Below, in pieces: positions 40,429 to 53,280 of a DNA stretch of 64,000 nucleotides; the first letter of the stretch is position 1, and each line of letters opens with the position of its first letter. Origin of the DNA: Patellaria atrata CBS 101060 (taxonomy: Eukaryota); NCBI GenBank assembly GCA_010093705.1, contig MU006089.1, positions 1,490,455-1,554,454 on the forward strand, written 5' to 3'. Made by a program: the position numbers and the translations under genes. The notes under the pieces were generated by a model, which saw only the letters and a list, made by a program, of their open reading frames with translations, ran no database searches and was not told where the DNA came from.

Positions 40429-42054
40429 TCAAACCGGGACACCCGTAAACCCGATCTTCAGTCTCGCCCTATGCCCGTCGCTCTTCTCGGTGCCCCAAGA
40501 CGACCTCCATTCCCGCTGTAGCTTCCGCGCCTCGTCGAACGCTTTACGGCACTCGGGCGGAAGCTCTGCGATCACCTCGTCTGTGACATCTGCGAGGGTG
40601 GGGACGCCGGTAGCATCGGGGCCTGGGAGACCCAGCCCGGATAGGGGTGCGGAGAGCAGATGAGTGTCTGTGACGAGGAAGTTGCGGGCGACGACTGGTG
40701 GAACGGGGTCAAAAAAGGAAGCCGGGGTGGTGGTGGGGATGGTAGAAGTAGATTCTTCCATATCCAGATCGATGACACCATTTGTGGAGGCATGCGTTGT
40801 GCCGTTGGTGAGGCGGCGTCTTTTTGAAGGAGATTCGGGACATGAGGATTCGGGTGCTGGGCAAACTTCTTCCCATTTGGCGTGTGTCGGTTGCATGTGT
40901 GCCGGGTGGTGCATAAGGTTTGTGTGGGGCTCGTATACGCCTTCGAGGACGGCGCGGCGGGCTGACGTAAGGGTTGAATTGAAGCGGCTGTGATGATGTT
41001 AGTTTTTGCACAGGTATAGGAAGAGAAAGTTTTCAACGAACCTGGAAGCACGGGCATGTTCAATTTGCCAGTTCGCAGAGGTGATTGCAACTTTTCTCTT
41101 GCCCGGTATGATTTTACCATTAGCAGTTGGGACGGTGGGCCCACTGGTATGATAGACAGCACTGGCGCCGTGCCACGCGACATATTGGTTCTTGTTGTAA
41201 GGTTCACCTGGGGCGGGTAACCGGTCGTGTGGATCTGCGAGTTCCCCCTCGACGTATGATTCCCTAGCTTTTGCAGTGTAGTAGTCGTCGATAACTCTCT
41301 TTCCTCCCACGATGATCTTGGCTCCAAATTCTCGGAACACGGATCGAGCAGTGACCACACCAATCGCACGACCCTTGTATGAGTGAGGAATGATCTCTCG
41401 GTCGATCAAGTCGCGTTTCTCAACGTCGTCGATGATAATCTTATAGAGCTGCAAATGTTTCGTGAAGAAGAGATAGCTGTCGCGGAATCCAGTACAACGT
41501 GCAGGCTCAGTCGACAACATATATTTCCGCTGTCCGCGCCCGAGAATGGTGAAGACACGAACGCGGTATTCTCTGCCGCCGAGTAAATTACCCAGTTTAT
41601 CAACCTTTTGCTCGCCTTCTGGGTCTTCCGCCAAGGCAACTTCATCATCAATAACTTCCATAGTGTTACCCTCCTTGTCTATGGGGACCCTCGTGACGAA
41701 AGATGGACCCCCTCTCGGTTTCCCTCTAAACCCACCTCTTCCACGTCCACGTCCTCGTCTTGGTGTGCCTCTGTCAGAGGCATCGTCATTGCGGTCAGGC
41801 GTATCCCATCCTGGAGGTCGATTCTTAGGCGGCCGACCTAACCGTTTCTTGCGTGGAATCTCTTGAACGACTGGTGGTGATGACGGTGGATCTTCCTCCT
41901 CCTGTTCTGCTTCTACGGCGCTCGCAGCATCTTCTTCTTCCTCATCCTGTTCTTGAGGAGTCTCTGCGCGCGATTCGTGGCCTTCGGTGTGCTCATCGTC
42001 TGATGTGATGGCTAGGGGAGTAGAGTTTCCTAATGCACCTGAACTTAGCTCCAT
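40429..42054 (-). CDS. RSC7: Chromatin-remodelling complex subunit Rsc7/Npl6/Swp82; intron 41041-40988
   Basis: DPEGEQKVDKLGNLLGGREYRVRVFT, YMLSTEPARCTGFRDSYLFF, IPHSYKGRAIGVVTARSVFREFGA; after splicing GVYEPHTNLMHHPAHMQPTHAKWE. Confidence 0.9.
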
Positions 42055-43025
42055 GTTCTACGAGCTCCCAAAAACGGTTGTAGTTGAGGGAGACATGAGA
42101 AGGAGGATGCGTACTCAAAGCTGTAACAGCTGCAGCTGCTGCGCGTCGACGAGGCATGATTCGCGCTTTCCGTGATGTTTGTTGATAAGAATGGTTGTTA
42201 AGACGGAAAGGTAAGGTATCTTTGGGTTGACGTCGCGAGTTAGGGAGTTTGCTCGTGAATCTTCCATTGTTCCCTTGCGGCTCCTTGCGGCTCCCCTTGC
42301 CCGAAACGCGATTTATCCCACATCTTCTACGCCAAGATTAACTAACTACTTCTCGCTAGCTGATAACGTGACAGCCTATATCATATCACGTGCGATATCA
42401 ATATTCACGTGCTCGCTACCTACCTTCCCTTTATTTCCTTTGTTCATCAAATGCTTCGTCAACAACTTGCCCGTCTTCTCCCGATTCTTTTTTCTTACCG
42501 ACTCTCGGCTTGCATACAACACATTTTCTCATTCAGCCTGATAACAAGAGAATATAGGAAAAGGTACTGGTACGGTACATCTCGCATAATCAGCTATCAT
42601 CTTTCAGCCATTGTCGCCATGTAGACTGGCACAACAGCTCGCCACATTCCGATCAATACGAAGGACGTGTACGCTTCGTACTCAACCTCAGATCCCTCTC
42701 GTGTAAGGTTGATATTGCTTGCAAGGCCTAAGGTATCGTTCGCCTATGCACCACCGTCTTTCTGCTCTTACCCGCGTCTATCGCACTTTCTAACCCTTGG
42801 ATATCCACTCTTGTTCGCCAGTCGCGGTAGGGAAAGGGATAGTAAGTAGTTAAGGTGCAACACCAGTCCTGACATATCTATCTAGCTTACCGAATATCGA
42901 CCCTTTGATGTTCGGAATATTACCTTCAAACGTCAAGTCAAACAGGCATTTGAACATTGGGGGCAGACTCTTATGTTTCATGGCTGACTGGAAGGCTACG
43001 TCGATTCCTGGGACATGAAAGTCTC

Positions 43026-43092
43026 AGTCAGCACTCAGCAATCAGCACTTAGCAATCAGCACTCAGCGTTCAGCAGGCAGATCAGCTTAGCA
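43026..43092. repeat. Degenerate 7-bp tandem repeat (TCAGCAC/TCAGCAA)
   Basis: tcagcac tcagcaa tcagcac ttagcaa tcagcac tcagcgt tcagcag... Confidence 0.8.
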
Positions 43093-44389
43093 TCTTCTTT
43101 TGAGTATTAACTACTGTAAACTGTACCGAGTAGTTGGTCTAGACGGGAGCTTTCTTTCTGCCAAGGGAGTCATCTGGTCGATTTACTAGTAGCTCGCTAA
43201 TTGGGATATCTGTTTTTTTCAGGTTACTATCCGAATTTTCTCTACATGTGATGTCTCTGTAATTGCTAGACCCTGGTTCGCAGTGCGCTTGTAAGTGAAA
43301 TCCAACGTCTCCCGCCATAACCTCGCCACCGAAGTGTGACTGGCAAGAGACATTCATCTTCAATGTGATGGATCATAAAGTCATGCGAAGGTCTTGAAGA
43401 CTGAAGACTGGCATAGAGCCTTTGATAGGCAGATAAGACATTCAAGGTGTTAAGGTAAAGCCTTGTTTCAACTGAACGGATTATTGAATATGTGTGCTTG
43501 CACAGGGCTGGTGAAAGATCCACCTTGGACCCAAGAGATCGTCACGGAATTCATTCTCTTCCAGCTCGGGCAGCTCAATGACCCCAAAGGGGGAAATATG
43601 CTGTGGCACTGTTCGAATGCAGTTCCATCGCTGTGGCCGGTGCTGCTGTTGAGTGGACCTTGGACGAATGAGAAATGGAAGGGCGGTGAATTTGATACAT
43701 CGGGCGCTGCAATGCTCCGCTGAGTTGTTAGTCGTTGTGCCAGTTAATATGTCAATGAAAGAGACATATCACCTCCTTGACTCTTTTCTTGGTGAAACTG
43801 AAATTTACAATGACCATAAATTCGCCGAGCAATAGCGGTGTTGTGGCTATTGTCATTAGAAAAAGCCCCTATTGAGTGGCAAGTGAATAGAAGTACCTTT
43901 CAGAACAAGTTCTATTTGGGACATCAGCGCCTGCCTTCATTCACTTCACCTGTGACCCGAACGCAAAAGTGAGTCAAACTGGACAAAAGTGACTTGCACC
44001 TTTTGAAGCGCCTGAGGAGGCTGGGAGCGTTTTTTCTTTTCTCTCGTTGGATCTTCTTTTCGCAAAGGCGCTTTCATGTGCGTTCCAACAAACCAACTAC
44101 AACGAAAATCCACTAACTCCGTATTCAATCCCTTTCTTCTTATTTCTTCACATACCTCTTAACACCTCATTCGCTACGACTCAGCTATTTTCTCCATACG
44201 CTTGCCTCGCAGGACGAAAGGCAGCTCTAAGTTCAAGGAAAAGAGTTGTTAGAAGCGCTCTAACAGGAGGCTGTCAAATCTGGCGAAGGCGAGTAGGCTG
44301 ACCGAGGGAAGCACTTCAAGTCCTCAACAGGTTAAACAGGAGAAGCCAAGGTGCAATTTTAACCAAGGACCAGACCTGAGTGAGAACAA

Positions 44390-44443
44390 GACTACAGGAC
44401 TATAGGACTACAGGACTACAGGACTACAGGACTACAGGATTAC
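44390..44443. repeat. 8-bp tandem repeat (GACTACAG)x6 plus a partial copy, just upstream of the SCH9 start
   Basis: gactacag gactatag gactacag gactacag gactacag gactacag gattac. Confidence 0.95.
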
Positions 44444-44457
44444 CCGGGTCTTCTTGA

Positions 44458-47400
44458 ATGATGACGCGAACGACGCACACAACAGACGCCGCCGCCGCCG
44501 CCGCCGCTGCTCAAATGGCAGCAGCACAGACTTCTACACCTACTGCCACCCAACTGACCCAACAACCGACTCCTTCAAGTTCTCCTTCACCTTCAAGTAC
44601 CTCTCCCCAACGACCATCCACCGCCGACGCCAACGCATACTCGCAAAACGCATCAAAATCCTCATTATCCTCTCCGGCCCGAAACTATCACAGGAAAAGC
44701 GTGTCTGATGCCCGGCGTGAGCCATCCGCCGTTGCATTGGCTGCAAATCCTCTCCCCGCACCGTCCATAAGGAACCTTCTACTTACCTCTCGCAAATCGT
44801 CCAGCGCGGTACCAACTCTATCCTCGACCTCTGCAGTATCGTCTGGTGCAGCAACACCAAGAATACAATCTTCTCTAGCAAACATGGACGGCGTCAACGC
44901 GCACACCGCTGCAGACCTGTTGAGGCAAGCGATCCTACAAAGGTGAGTGACGTCGCTTCGGCATCCGTACCCTTACGATTACGAGCCCTGTCCGCTTCGA
45001 TGCAGCAAATGTACCGCAAGTTTTAATAATGTACCCGATTGCGTTTGGGAGCCCTTGGAACTTTTCCGGAACGTTAGGAAAAGATCTCACTTACATCCCA
45101 GCATGTACCCACCGTGTGCTTCTCGCTTGTCACGCTTTCTGATTGCATCCAATCTCTCTACACGTTACATCAATTACCCTCCAAATAGCCTTACCCGCAT
45201 CACAATCAAAATTTATCTGCCCTATAAGCCGCAAACTCTCCTTAATCCCTCATCTCAATCTCTACCCTAATCTTCCTTTTCTTCATTGATGGCAATTGCT
45301 CGTTCATCATCACGATGATTTTTATGACCTTAACTAATGTCTTCACGCCTTATAGACCTCACGACGACGATGGACACGATCAGATCGGCTCGAATAGCTC
45401 TACTCCCCCAGGCGCTGCCACCCCTCGACCCGATCTAGTAGACAAACGATTACCAGGCATAATAAACACTTATTTTGGCCAGGTTCGTGATTCTCTTCTC
45501 TCGCTGTCAAAGCCCGGAGTTAGCACAAGTCTTCCTCCTGTTGCCACTGCTGCGCCGAGGGGCGAACAGCAATGGCCTGAGCATCGTCCCGAACCTCTGC
45601 CTACTGCACCTAGCTCCCCCAGAGAAGTATCCAGAGACGATGAGTCACTACCTTCCTTATCTAGCCTGAAGCTAGAGCATACAACACCACTTTCATCTAA
45701 GCATTTCTCCTTGCCAACTCCTCCGACTTCTTCAGCCTCTTCGATGCGCAGTGTAGACAGGGCAGCAAATGACACAGGTAAAAGCGGATTAACATCTTCT
45801 GGTTCGCCCTCGTTGCAAACCAGGGATGCATCCGTAGAGACGTCTCCCAGCAGACGTAGACATACATTTGCCGTCTCAAGTCCCCTTTCTAGCATCATCA
45901 CAGCTTCCTCAGTTTCAGCTGCACATCTCTCAAGTCCCGCCACCCATCACTCTTTGACTCCTGAAATCACTTCTCTTGTCTCCGGTCATACCACGAGTTC
46001 ACAGTCGAGCAATGGGAACCAGAGGCTAACTGGAAGCGTGGCCTCACCGCCACGTCCTCAGAATACTCCTCCTCAGACCCCAAGAACTCGATCGCAAGAA
46101 GGGAATCAACGTGTGTCGACTCCATCGAATGCGGAAACCCGTCGAAGATCCGGAGATTCTACTCGACCCCCAGTGGGTGCGCCAAAAGGCAAACTGTCCG
46201 TCACCATTATCGAAGCGCGAGGTTTAAAGCCGAGTGTCGAACCGTACGTAGTCTGTCAATTTCAATGGGCACAATGGGTGTCGGGCGGTCCGCGGAGGGG
46301 TTCAAATTCTGGCAATAATCGTGGAGGAGAGACATCCAGGCGTACCGAGAACGACTTGGGCAGGCCAATGGCCATTCCAATGAGGAGCAGACAAAGCAGT
46401 CACACAGGTATCAGTTCGGATCCAGCTCAATCGGGTAATGCGACCAAGATCACAAGTCCCAAGTGGGAGCACGACGCGGTCTTGTAAGATTTACGATATC
46501 CAACTTCATGCAGTATCAATTACTAACGTGGTTATAGCGATGTTGTTGGCGAACACGCAGAGATAGATTGTTCGGTCTATGACCGATCAGATGCTTTCTT
46601 AGGTCACGTACGATTTTGTCCCGCTCTCGTAGAGTACGATAGACCCTATGAAAATTGGTTTACGCTTGAATCAAGAGATGGCGAGGAAGATCGCGTTACT
46701 GGAGATATCCATCTCCGGATCAGTTTCCAAAAGACGGACAAGAAGCACTACGGCCCGGAGGACTTCCAAATCTTAAAATTGATCGGTAAAGGTACATTTG
46801 GACAAGTATTCCAAGTACGAAAGAAGGATACCGGTCGAATCTATGCAATGAAGGTGCTCTCTAAGAAGGTCATCATCCAGAAGAAAGAAATTGCGCACAC
46901 GCTTGGCGAACGGAACATCCTTGTACGAACTGCGACAACAGATTCTCCATTCATTGTCGGACTCAAGTTTTCTTTCCAGACTGCCACGGATCTCTACTTG
47001 GTTACAGATTACATGTCTGGTGGCGAGCTATTCTGGCACTTGCAAAAAGAGGGACGTTTCAATGAAAACCGAGCCAAGTTCTACATCGCCGAGCTGATCC
47101 TCGCACTCCAACATCTCCACCAGAATGATATCGTCTACCGGGATCTCAAACCAGAGAACATTCTATTAGACGCGAATGGACATATTGCTCTATGCGATTT
47201 TGGTCTTTCCAAAGCCAATTTGACAGAAGGCGACACGACGAACACCTTCTGCGGAACAACCGAGTACCTTGCTCCGGAAGTGCTTCTCGATGAGCAGGGC
47301 TATACGAAGATGGTGGACTTCTGGTCGCTTGGTGTGCTCGTATTCGAAATGTGCTGCGGCTGGAGCCCATTTTACGCCGAGGACACACAGCAGATGTATA

Positions 47401-47978
47401 AGAATATCGCATTCGGCAAAGTGCGATTTCCCCGGGACGCTCTCAGCACTGAAGGCCGTAATTTCGTAAAGGGTCTACTCAATCGTAATCCCAAGCACCG
47501 TCTGGGTGCAACAAACGATGCTGAGGAACTCAAGGCGCATCCTTTCTTCAATGATATCGATTGGGATGCGCTCATGAAGAAGAACCTCGTTCCACCGTTC
47601 AAACCAAAGTTGAAGTCTGAACTCGACACCTCCAACTTTGATCCGGAATTCACCAACGCTCTCAATGGTGCTTCGTCGCTTAATGCTCGCGCTGCTGCAC
47701 TCGCCTCAGGCGTGAACCCAGCATCAACTCCGCTGTCACCTACTGTGCAGGCAAACTTCAAAGGATTCACATATGTGGATGAGAGTTATGTGGATAGACA
47801 ATTCAGGGATCGACGCGGTGACGATGACGAGCAGATGGGCGATGATCATGAAGATGATGATGCCGATTGGGAGAAAGATTTCAAAAGTCCGAGCCGAGGG
47901 GATAGAATGAGCGGTGTTATGATCAGCCATCACGACGCTGATGATACCATCTTCAACCACGGCCAATTTGACGTCTGA
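44458..47978 (+). CDS. SCH9: AGC kinase Sch9/Sck1 (C2 domain + kinase); introns ~44943-45355 and ~46484-46537
   Basis: PGAATPRPDLVDKRLPGI, PKGKLSVTIIEARGL C2 domain, KKHYGPEDFQILKLIGKGTFGQV, TNTFCGTTEYLAPE, hydrophobic motif FKGFTYV. Confidence 0.96.
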
Positions 47979-48812
47979 GGAGGAATTTTACTCCATTTCT
48001 GCAGAATATTACCACAGCAAAAAAGTTCTAGCTCTCCTCTACACATGTACATACGCTGCGACTGTTAGTCGACAGCCAAAGAAGCAAATACTAGCGAACA
48101 GGACATATCCAACAAAAGATCACGACTGCATCATTTTCAGATACCCTCAGGTCAATGTAGACCTCATTCATCCCGGGCTCGTCCCTTTATCTAATTGAAA
48201 AGTTTCGCAGATGGTTTGGTAACGACCCTCAGAACGCTCTCGAACTCGCAGAAATGGCAAAGTTGTGGACGAAATTCTGCTCGGGTGATGAATCCAGCCA
48301 TCCCATTTTCTTCATATTTTCTCATTGGTCTTGTTGGACATTGCATCAAGCAGATTACGGCATCATGAGGCGTATTCCGGTTCTCGTCTTGCTGTTTATA
48401 TCTGTTAATATTGCGTAGGTTACTCTCATCGTATCATGATACCGGACCTCCGACAAGGGTGGCTACCCTTCGTCTCATGCGTCCGACAAATTACGTAGTC
48501 TCAATCTGTAAAACGATTCATTTGAACATATTCCTTCTCCTTTTCTATTTCACTTACACCAACAGGTTGCTCTTCAGGTCCCTTTCTCCTCTCGGTAATC
48601 TATCTGGGGATGAACCTCGGCATTGAATCTCGGGTTTCCCAGAGCTCACCCAAGCTCCCCGCAACTTCTAATAAGGTAACAATCATAGAAATACAACGTC
48701 AACTTTGTCTATCAATTGATCTAAGAGTCTCCCACTACGAGGACCTAGCCTGATCTCACGCCTCAATTCTCCATCCTTCCAGGTTTCATCCCACCAGTTC
48801 AACAGCCAAAGC

Positions 48813-49805
48813 ATGACAGAGTATCCTCCCCAAGAAGTGTCCTGGTTGAAGAGAGACGTCCTGCTCTTCGCGAACAGCATTGGTTGCAAAGCTGATGAAT
48901 TGCACTTTCTATATGTACATGTTTAAAGCTTCTCCCTTTTCCTCCTCACCTCAAATGCTAAACTCAAACCCCAGGAACTCCACCCCTCCTTCTCCGTCTT
49001 TCCAACCTACCCCATAATCCTCCCCTTCAAACACACCAGCACCGAAGTCGTCGACTTCCACGCCGCCCAAGCCAGTTCAACCACCCCTCCCATCCCGGGA
49101 TTACCGAAACTAGACAGCACCCGCGTCCTCGACGGCGAGCGAAACATCACCATCTACCGTCCCCTCCCCGTTTCCTCAACCGGCAAAAAATTCGAACTAA
49201 GGACGAAGATAGTAGGCGCGTACGACAAGGGCAACGCGACGGTCCTGGAAACAGAACACAAGCTCACCGACGCCTCGACAGGGGACGTCTACAGCAAAGC
49301 CGTCGGCTCAGCCTTCTACGTCGGACAGGGGAAATGGGGTGGACCCCGAGGCCCAAAAGCACCCAGCTATCCCCCACCGAAGGACAAAAGTCCCGATGCG
49401 ACGTACACGCTCCAGACGACGGACGAGACGGCCCTCCTGTACCGTCTGAACGGCGATTATAACCCCCTCCACGCGGATCCCGCGCCGGGGAGGAAAATGG
49501 GGTTCGGAGGCCCCATCGTGCATGGGTTGTGCTCGTGGAATGTGGCTGCGCATGCGGTTCTGCGCGCTCTGGGGGGAGGAGATCCCGAGAATCTGAGAGA
49601 GCATGGCGCTAGGTTCGCGAGTCCGGTTAAGCCTGGGGATAAGCTCGAGGTGCAGATGTGGGTGGGCGGTAGGGTCGAGGTTGAGGAATAAGGAGACGGG
49701 TGGAAGGAGGTTAGGTTCGTGGTCAAGGTGGGTGAGAGGGTCGTGCTGTCTAACGGCCGGGCTGTTGTGAGGGTTGTTGCGGAGGGAGGGAAGAGTAGGT
49801 TGTAG
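48813..49805 (+). CDS. Peroxisomal MaoC-like/hydratase-2 (enoyl-CoA) dehydratase; intron 48915-48974; in-frame TAA at 49689-49691 precedes the conserved C-terminus and PTS1 SRL
   Basis: YPPQEVSWLKRDVLLFANSIG, FPTYP, RVLDGER, YDKG, catalytic YRLNGDYNPLHADP, IVHGLCSWN, ARFASPVKPGD. After the TAA the same frame reads EVRFVVKVGERVVLSNGRA...KSRL*. Confidence 0.9.
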
Positions 49806-50092
49806 GTGTCTTGAAACTGGAGGTCCTTGCGTTAAACAAAATCACTATGATGGGATGGAGCTGAGAGTGGGGAAGTTTCATCAAAAAGTTAATAATTGCA
49901 TGTTAGGGACTATTGATGGGTGTGGTCAACACAAATTTTGATTCTTTCTACATATTATTTACGTGCACACAGATCATACCTTGAAACACCTAAACACTGG
50001 CACCGGGCTTACCTTTAAACTCAACCTGAACCATGCTTACCTTCAAACCCAAGCCACACTCACCGACCTACCTTTCCTCTCCCTATACTTAC

Positions 50093-51520
50093 CTAGACCC
50101 CACCCCTCCCAACCAACTCCCACATATCCCCATCCGCATCAGCATCCCACCTCCCCCGCCTCCCGCGCACAAAAGCAGCGATACTCTCATCATCACAATC
50201 GCCCACCTGCTCCGCCCTCGCCGCAACCGGCATGCGCGTCTCATGTCTCAGCCTCAGCTCCGCCTGTCTAGCCCTCAGCGCCGCATTTGTCGCATTACGA
50301 AGTCGGATATCGCTGAGGACCCTTGTGGGCGTGAGCGGAGTTGGGGACGAGACGAGTGGGACATACGGCGACACTGGGGGCGAGGGGATGGGGGTGAGGG
50401 GTCTCGGGGACCTAGACGCGGGGTGTGTGTAAGAGGAGAGGGGCAAGGGTAAGAGGGAAGGACGACGCTGTTTGGGATTAGAAGGGGGTGGTGGGGTTAG
50501 CTTCTGCCCTTCGAGCGCGGCGAGGTAGTGTTCTGCTTCGATGGCGCTGTGGGGGGACGTGAAGGGGAATTCGTGGAGAGCGGGGGGCGAGCGTGCGGCG
50601 GATGCGAGGGGATGTTCGGCTTCGTGAGTGCTGGGGTGGGCGGGAGGAGAGGAGGCGCGCTTCTTCTCAGCTTTGCCTTTGCTCTTCGAACTGGTTTCGT
50701 CCGCGTTTGCGAGGGCGAAAGTGGCTTCGAATGAGTTCATCGGTGAGGGGCCGAAGAGGGCATTCGAGGAAGGAAGCTGGTTCTTCGACCCTATCCGGGA
50801 TTCTCTCTTCATCGGGCTCTCTATGGAATACTGGGCTTCGGTTGCGCTCATCAGGGACATGCTCATGTCCATGTGGGCAGAGTTCCTACTCACCTTCTTC
50901 CTCTTCTTCGAGGCTCCCTTTGACATTTTCGGCACATCCAGGCTCGCGGTCGCGAAATGTGCTTCCAGCTTACTGAGCGGTGAGCGCCCGTAATATTCGT
51001 CGATCTGGGAAAAGGTCTGGTGCACAGGACTGTTGAGATCCGTGGCCGTCGACACGGTGGAAGGCGCGGGAGACGGGAACCTCGAGAAGTCCGGTCCGGG
51101 AACGCTGCGGGAATACTCACCGTGCAAGTCCTCAACGTTTTCCTTCGGGCGGACCACTCGGAGCGGAGCCGGGCGCATGGAACAACTACTACTGTCCCTG
51201 GTAGACCTGCTACTAGAGCCAGGACGACCCTTATGAGGAACATTAGGGAGCTTCCTGGAAGAATACTCCTTCACTTCCTCGATATGGCGAGGTGGGAGAC
51301 CATGGATTTCAGCGGTAGCCTCGACGTTCTTGTATTGACTGCTACGGTACGACGGGAGCTGTTGAACGTTGCCGACCCGCGGCACCGTAGATGGCGGATG
51401 CTCCGAATTGTGGTACTGCAGGGGAGACTCCTTGGAACGCCCAGCTAGCTCCTGACGACCCCAGCGGGTGTTTTGGAAAGCGGTTGGGGGAAGCTTTGGG
51501 TTATGGGTTGAAGGGGCCAT
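50093..51520 (-). CDS. Hypothetical Ser/Pro-rich protein (likely start MAPSTH at 51520)
   Basis: Long intronless ORF with a basic NLS-like patch (KKRKK); no family recognised. Confidence 0.7.
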   Translation of the reverse strand: MAPSTHNPKLPPTAFQNTRWGRQELAGRSKESPLQYHNSEHPPSTVPRVGNVQQLPSYRSSQYKNVEATAEIHGLPPRHIEEVKEYSSRKLPNVPHKGRPGSSSRSTRDSSSCSMRPAPLRVVRPKENVEDLHGEYSRSVPGPDFSRFPSPAPSTVSTATDLNSPVHQTFSQIDEYYGRSPLSKLEAHFATASLDVPKMSKGASKKRKKVSRNSAHMDMSMSLMSATEAQYSIESPMKRESRIGSKNQLPSSNALFGPSPMNSFEATFALANADETSSKSKGKAEKKRASSPPAHPSTHEAEHPLASAARSPPALHEFPFTSPHSAIEAEHYLAALEGQKLTPPPPSNPKQRRPSLLPLPLSSYTHPASRSPRPLTPIPSPPVSPYVPLVSSPTPLTPTRVLSDIRLRNATNAALRARQAELRLRHETRMPVAARAEQVGDCDDESIAAFVRGRRGRWDADADGDMWELVGRGGV

Positions 51521-52348
51521 TGTTAGATGGGGTGATATGATGTGTTTTTCGGTGTTGGTTTTGGTGCGTTTGCGTTTGCGTTTGGTATTGATTCGTGTGA
51601 AGTCTCTGTCTAGCAGATATTTCGATTGATTCAAAATGTGCGACAAGGAAGGAATGGATGGGAGGATATCTACCGTGATTTTATAGGACGAAATGTTGAC
51701 GAATAAAGTGAGGATGTAACAATGCATTGTTGAAGAGCGACAGAAGCACTTACCTTCAAACAAAGAATCGTTGCTTTGTCCTCTTTGTGTGTAGGATACT
51801 GAATAAAGTTTTGGACAATAATTCGAGCTTTGGATAAAGAAACATTAGTCTAAGCCCTCTAGGGAGAAGTTTTAGAGCAACTAGCTAGCATTCGTCCCTG
51901 ATATCCATCTGGAGAGGAAGATCATCATTGAAAATAGTCTAATGAGTGTTGTTTTATTGTAAGGCGTTACAGTTAGACTCAGGAACAGTTATTCGTGTGG
52001 CATACGATGGATCATTGAATTCTGGTAGGATAGTCTTCTATTTCGCAGAGCACACTGCATGCATGCCTGAAACGCTCTATGTGACCCGTTGGTGTGCTCT
52101 ACGTATGTAGAATCTCGAGAGGAGAATGTAATAGGATTTGTGGAGAGAATAAACACTCGGGGTAAGTTCTCGCGGATGGTATCTCGAGAAGATACACACT
52201 TCCTGAACTTATCATGGTCAGCGCCAACAAATATGATAAGGAGCAGAGGAACTCACTTATATGTGCAAAGCTACTTGCGAGCTTGACTAATAGTTTGGAC
52301 TTCTTTGCGAGTCGTATGTATGAGTATAATACAAATAATAGGACAATC

Positions 52349-53280
52349 TCAACCGTCAGCCCCTTTGCGTAATTCCAATTGAGTTTCCACACCGTCGACA
52401 GTGAGTGGAACGCTTCGTTTGTCCCACGTCTCAAACTCCTCCTTCACAAATCCCTCTACGCTCAACATCCCCACTACCAAGAATCCAAGCTCTTCCCTAT
52501 CGGTATCGAATACCTCCCACCACTCTTCCTGAGGGAGCTTCACACCAACTTCTCTAGCAGCAAGATATATTGCCGCTGTAGCTAGAGATGACGGCTGGTG
52601 AGTGAGATACAGGAGTTGAGGACTTAGTAGTGCCGTATTAAGGTGCGCCATGGCGCGTTTCGCTAGCTCTGAGCTCGATGGGTGTTGAAATATATCTAAG
52701 GTCTGTAGATAATTAATCAAGAGCGTATGCGGTAAGGCAACATGTGTTTGGAAACCAAGGATCCGCAAGATGTGGGCTTCAACGAACATTAACCGTTTGC
52801 TCTTTTCCTGATAATTCTCTTCAGACAAGTAGAATATATCAGCATCTCTCTTGGAGAGTTTAGCTGGAACCACGTATGGACCTAAGGAGCCGAGATAGAC
52901 ATATATGTTGATAATTGACCTTGGAGATTTGGGATACGGTGACAATTTAGCGATGAGATATAGAGATGCAGAAGATACTTCCTACTTAAAGGTCAACAGG
53001 GTATGGAGAGCAATATTTAGATATGTTATACCTCCGCTCCATAGTCCCTCATGCTCCCACCTTCCGACCCTACCCAGAACCTTGTGAAGATGAGAATTGC
53101 TTGTGCAATGATTTGTTGTGGAAGCTTCAGAAGAATGCCCGCGCATTGCAACAATCGAGCTCCCGCAAAGCGGACAGAGTCTTCTAGGTCAGATGGTATT
53201 CCATCAAGCTGTGAACCAGATGATGCAAGCTGTTCAACAGAGGCCAGAGGATTTGCCAAATGTTTTGTCTCGGGTGCCAT
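52349..53280 (-). CDS. Cyclin L-like transcriptional cyclin; intron 53031-52982
   Basis: LANPLAS..SGSQLDGIPSDLE, AGILLKLPQ, EAHILRILGF..HVALPH, HLNTALLSPQLLYLTHQP..LATAAIYLAAR, WWEVFD. Confidence 0.88.

Noticed and set aside
49669..49692. 24-nt GT..AG segment whose removal would delete the dehydratase TAA in frame
   Set aside because: Far shorter than the other introns here (~50 nt or more), with no CTRAY branch site or pyrimidine tract.
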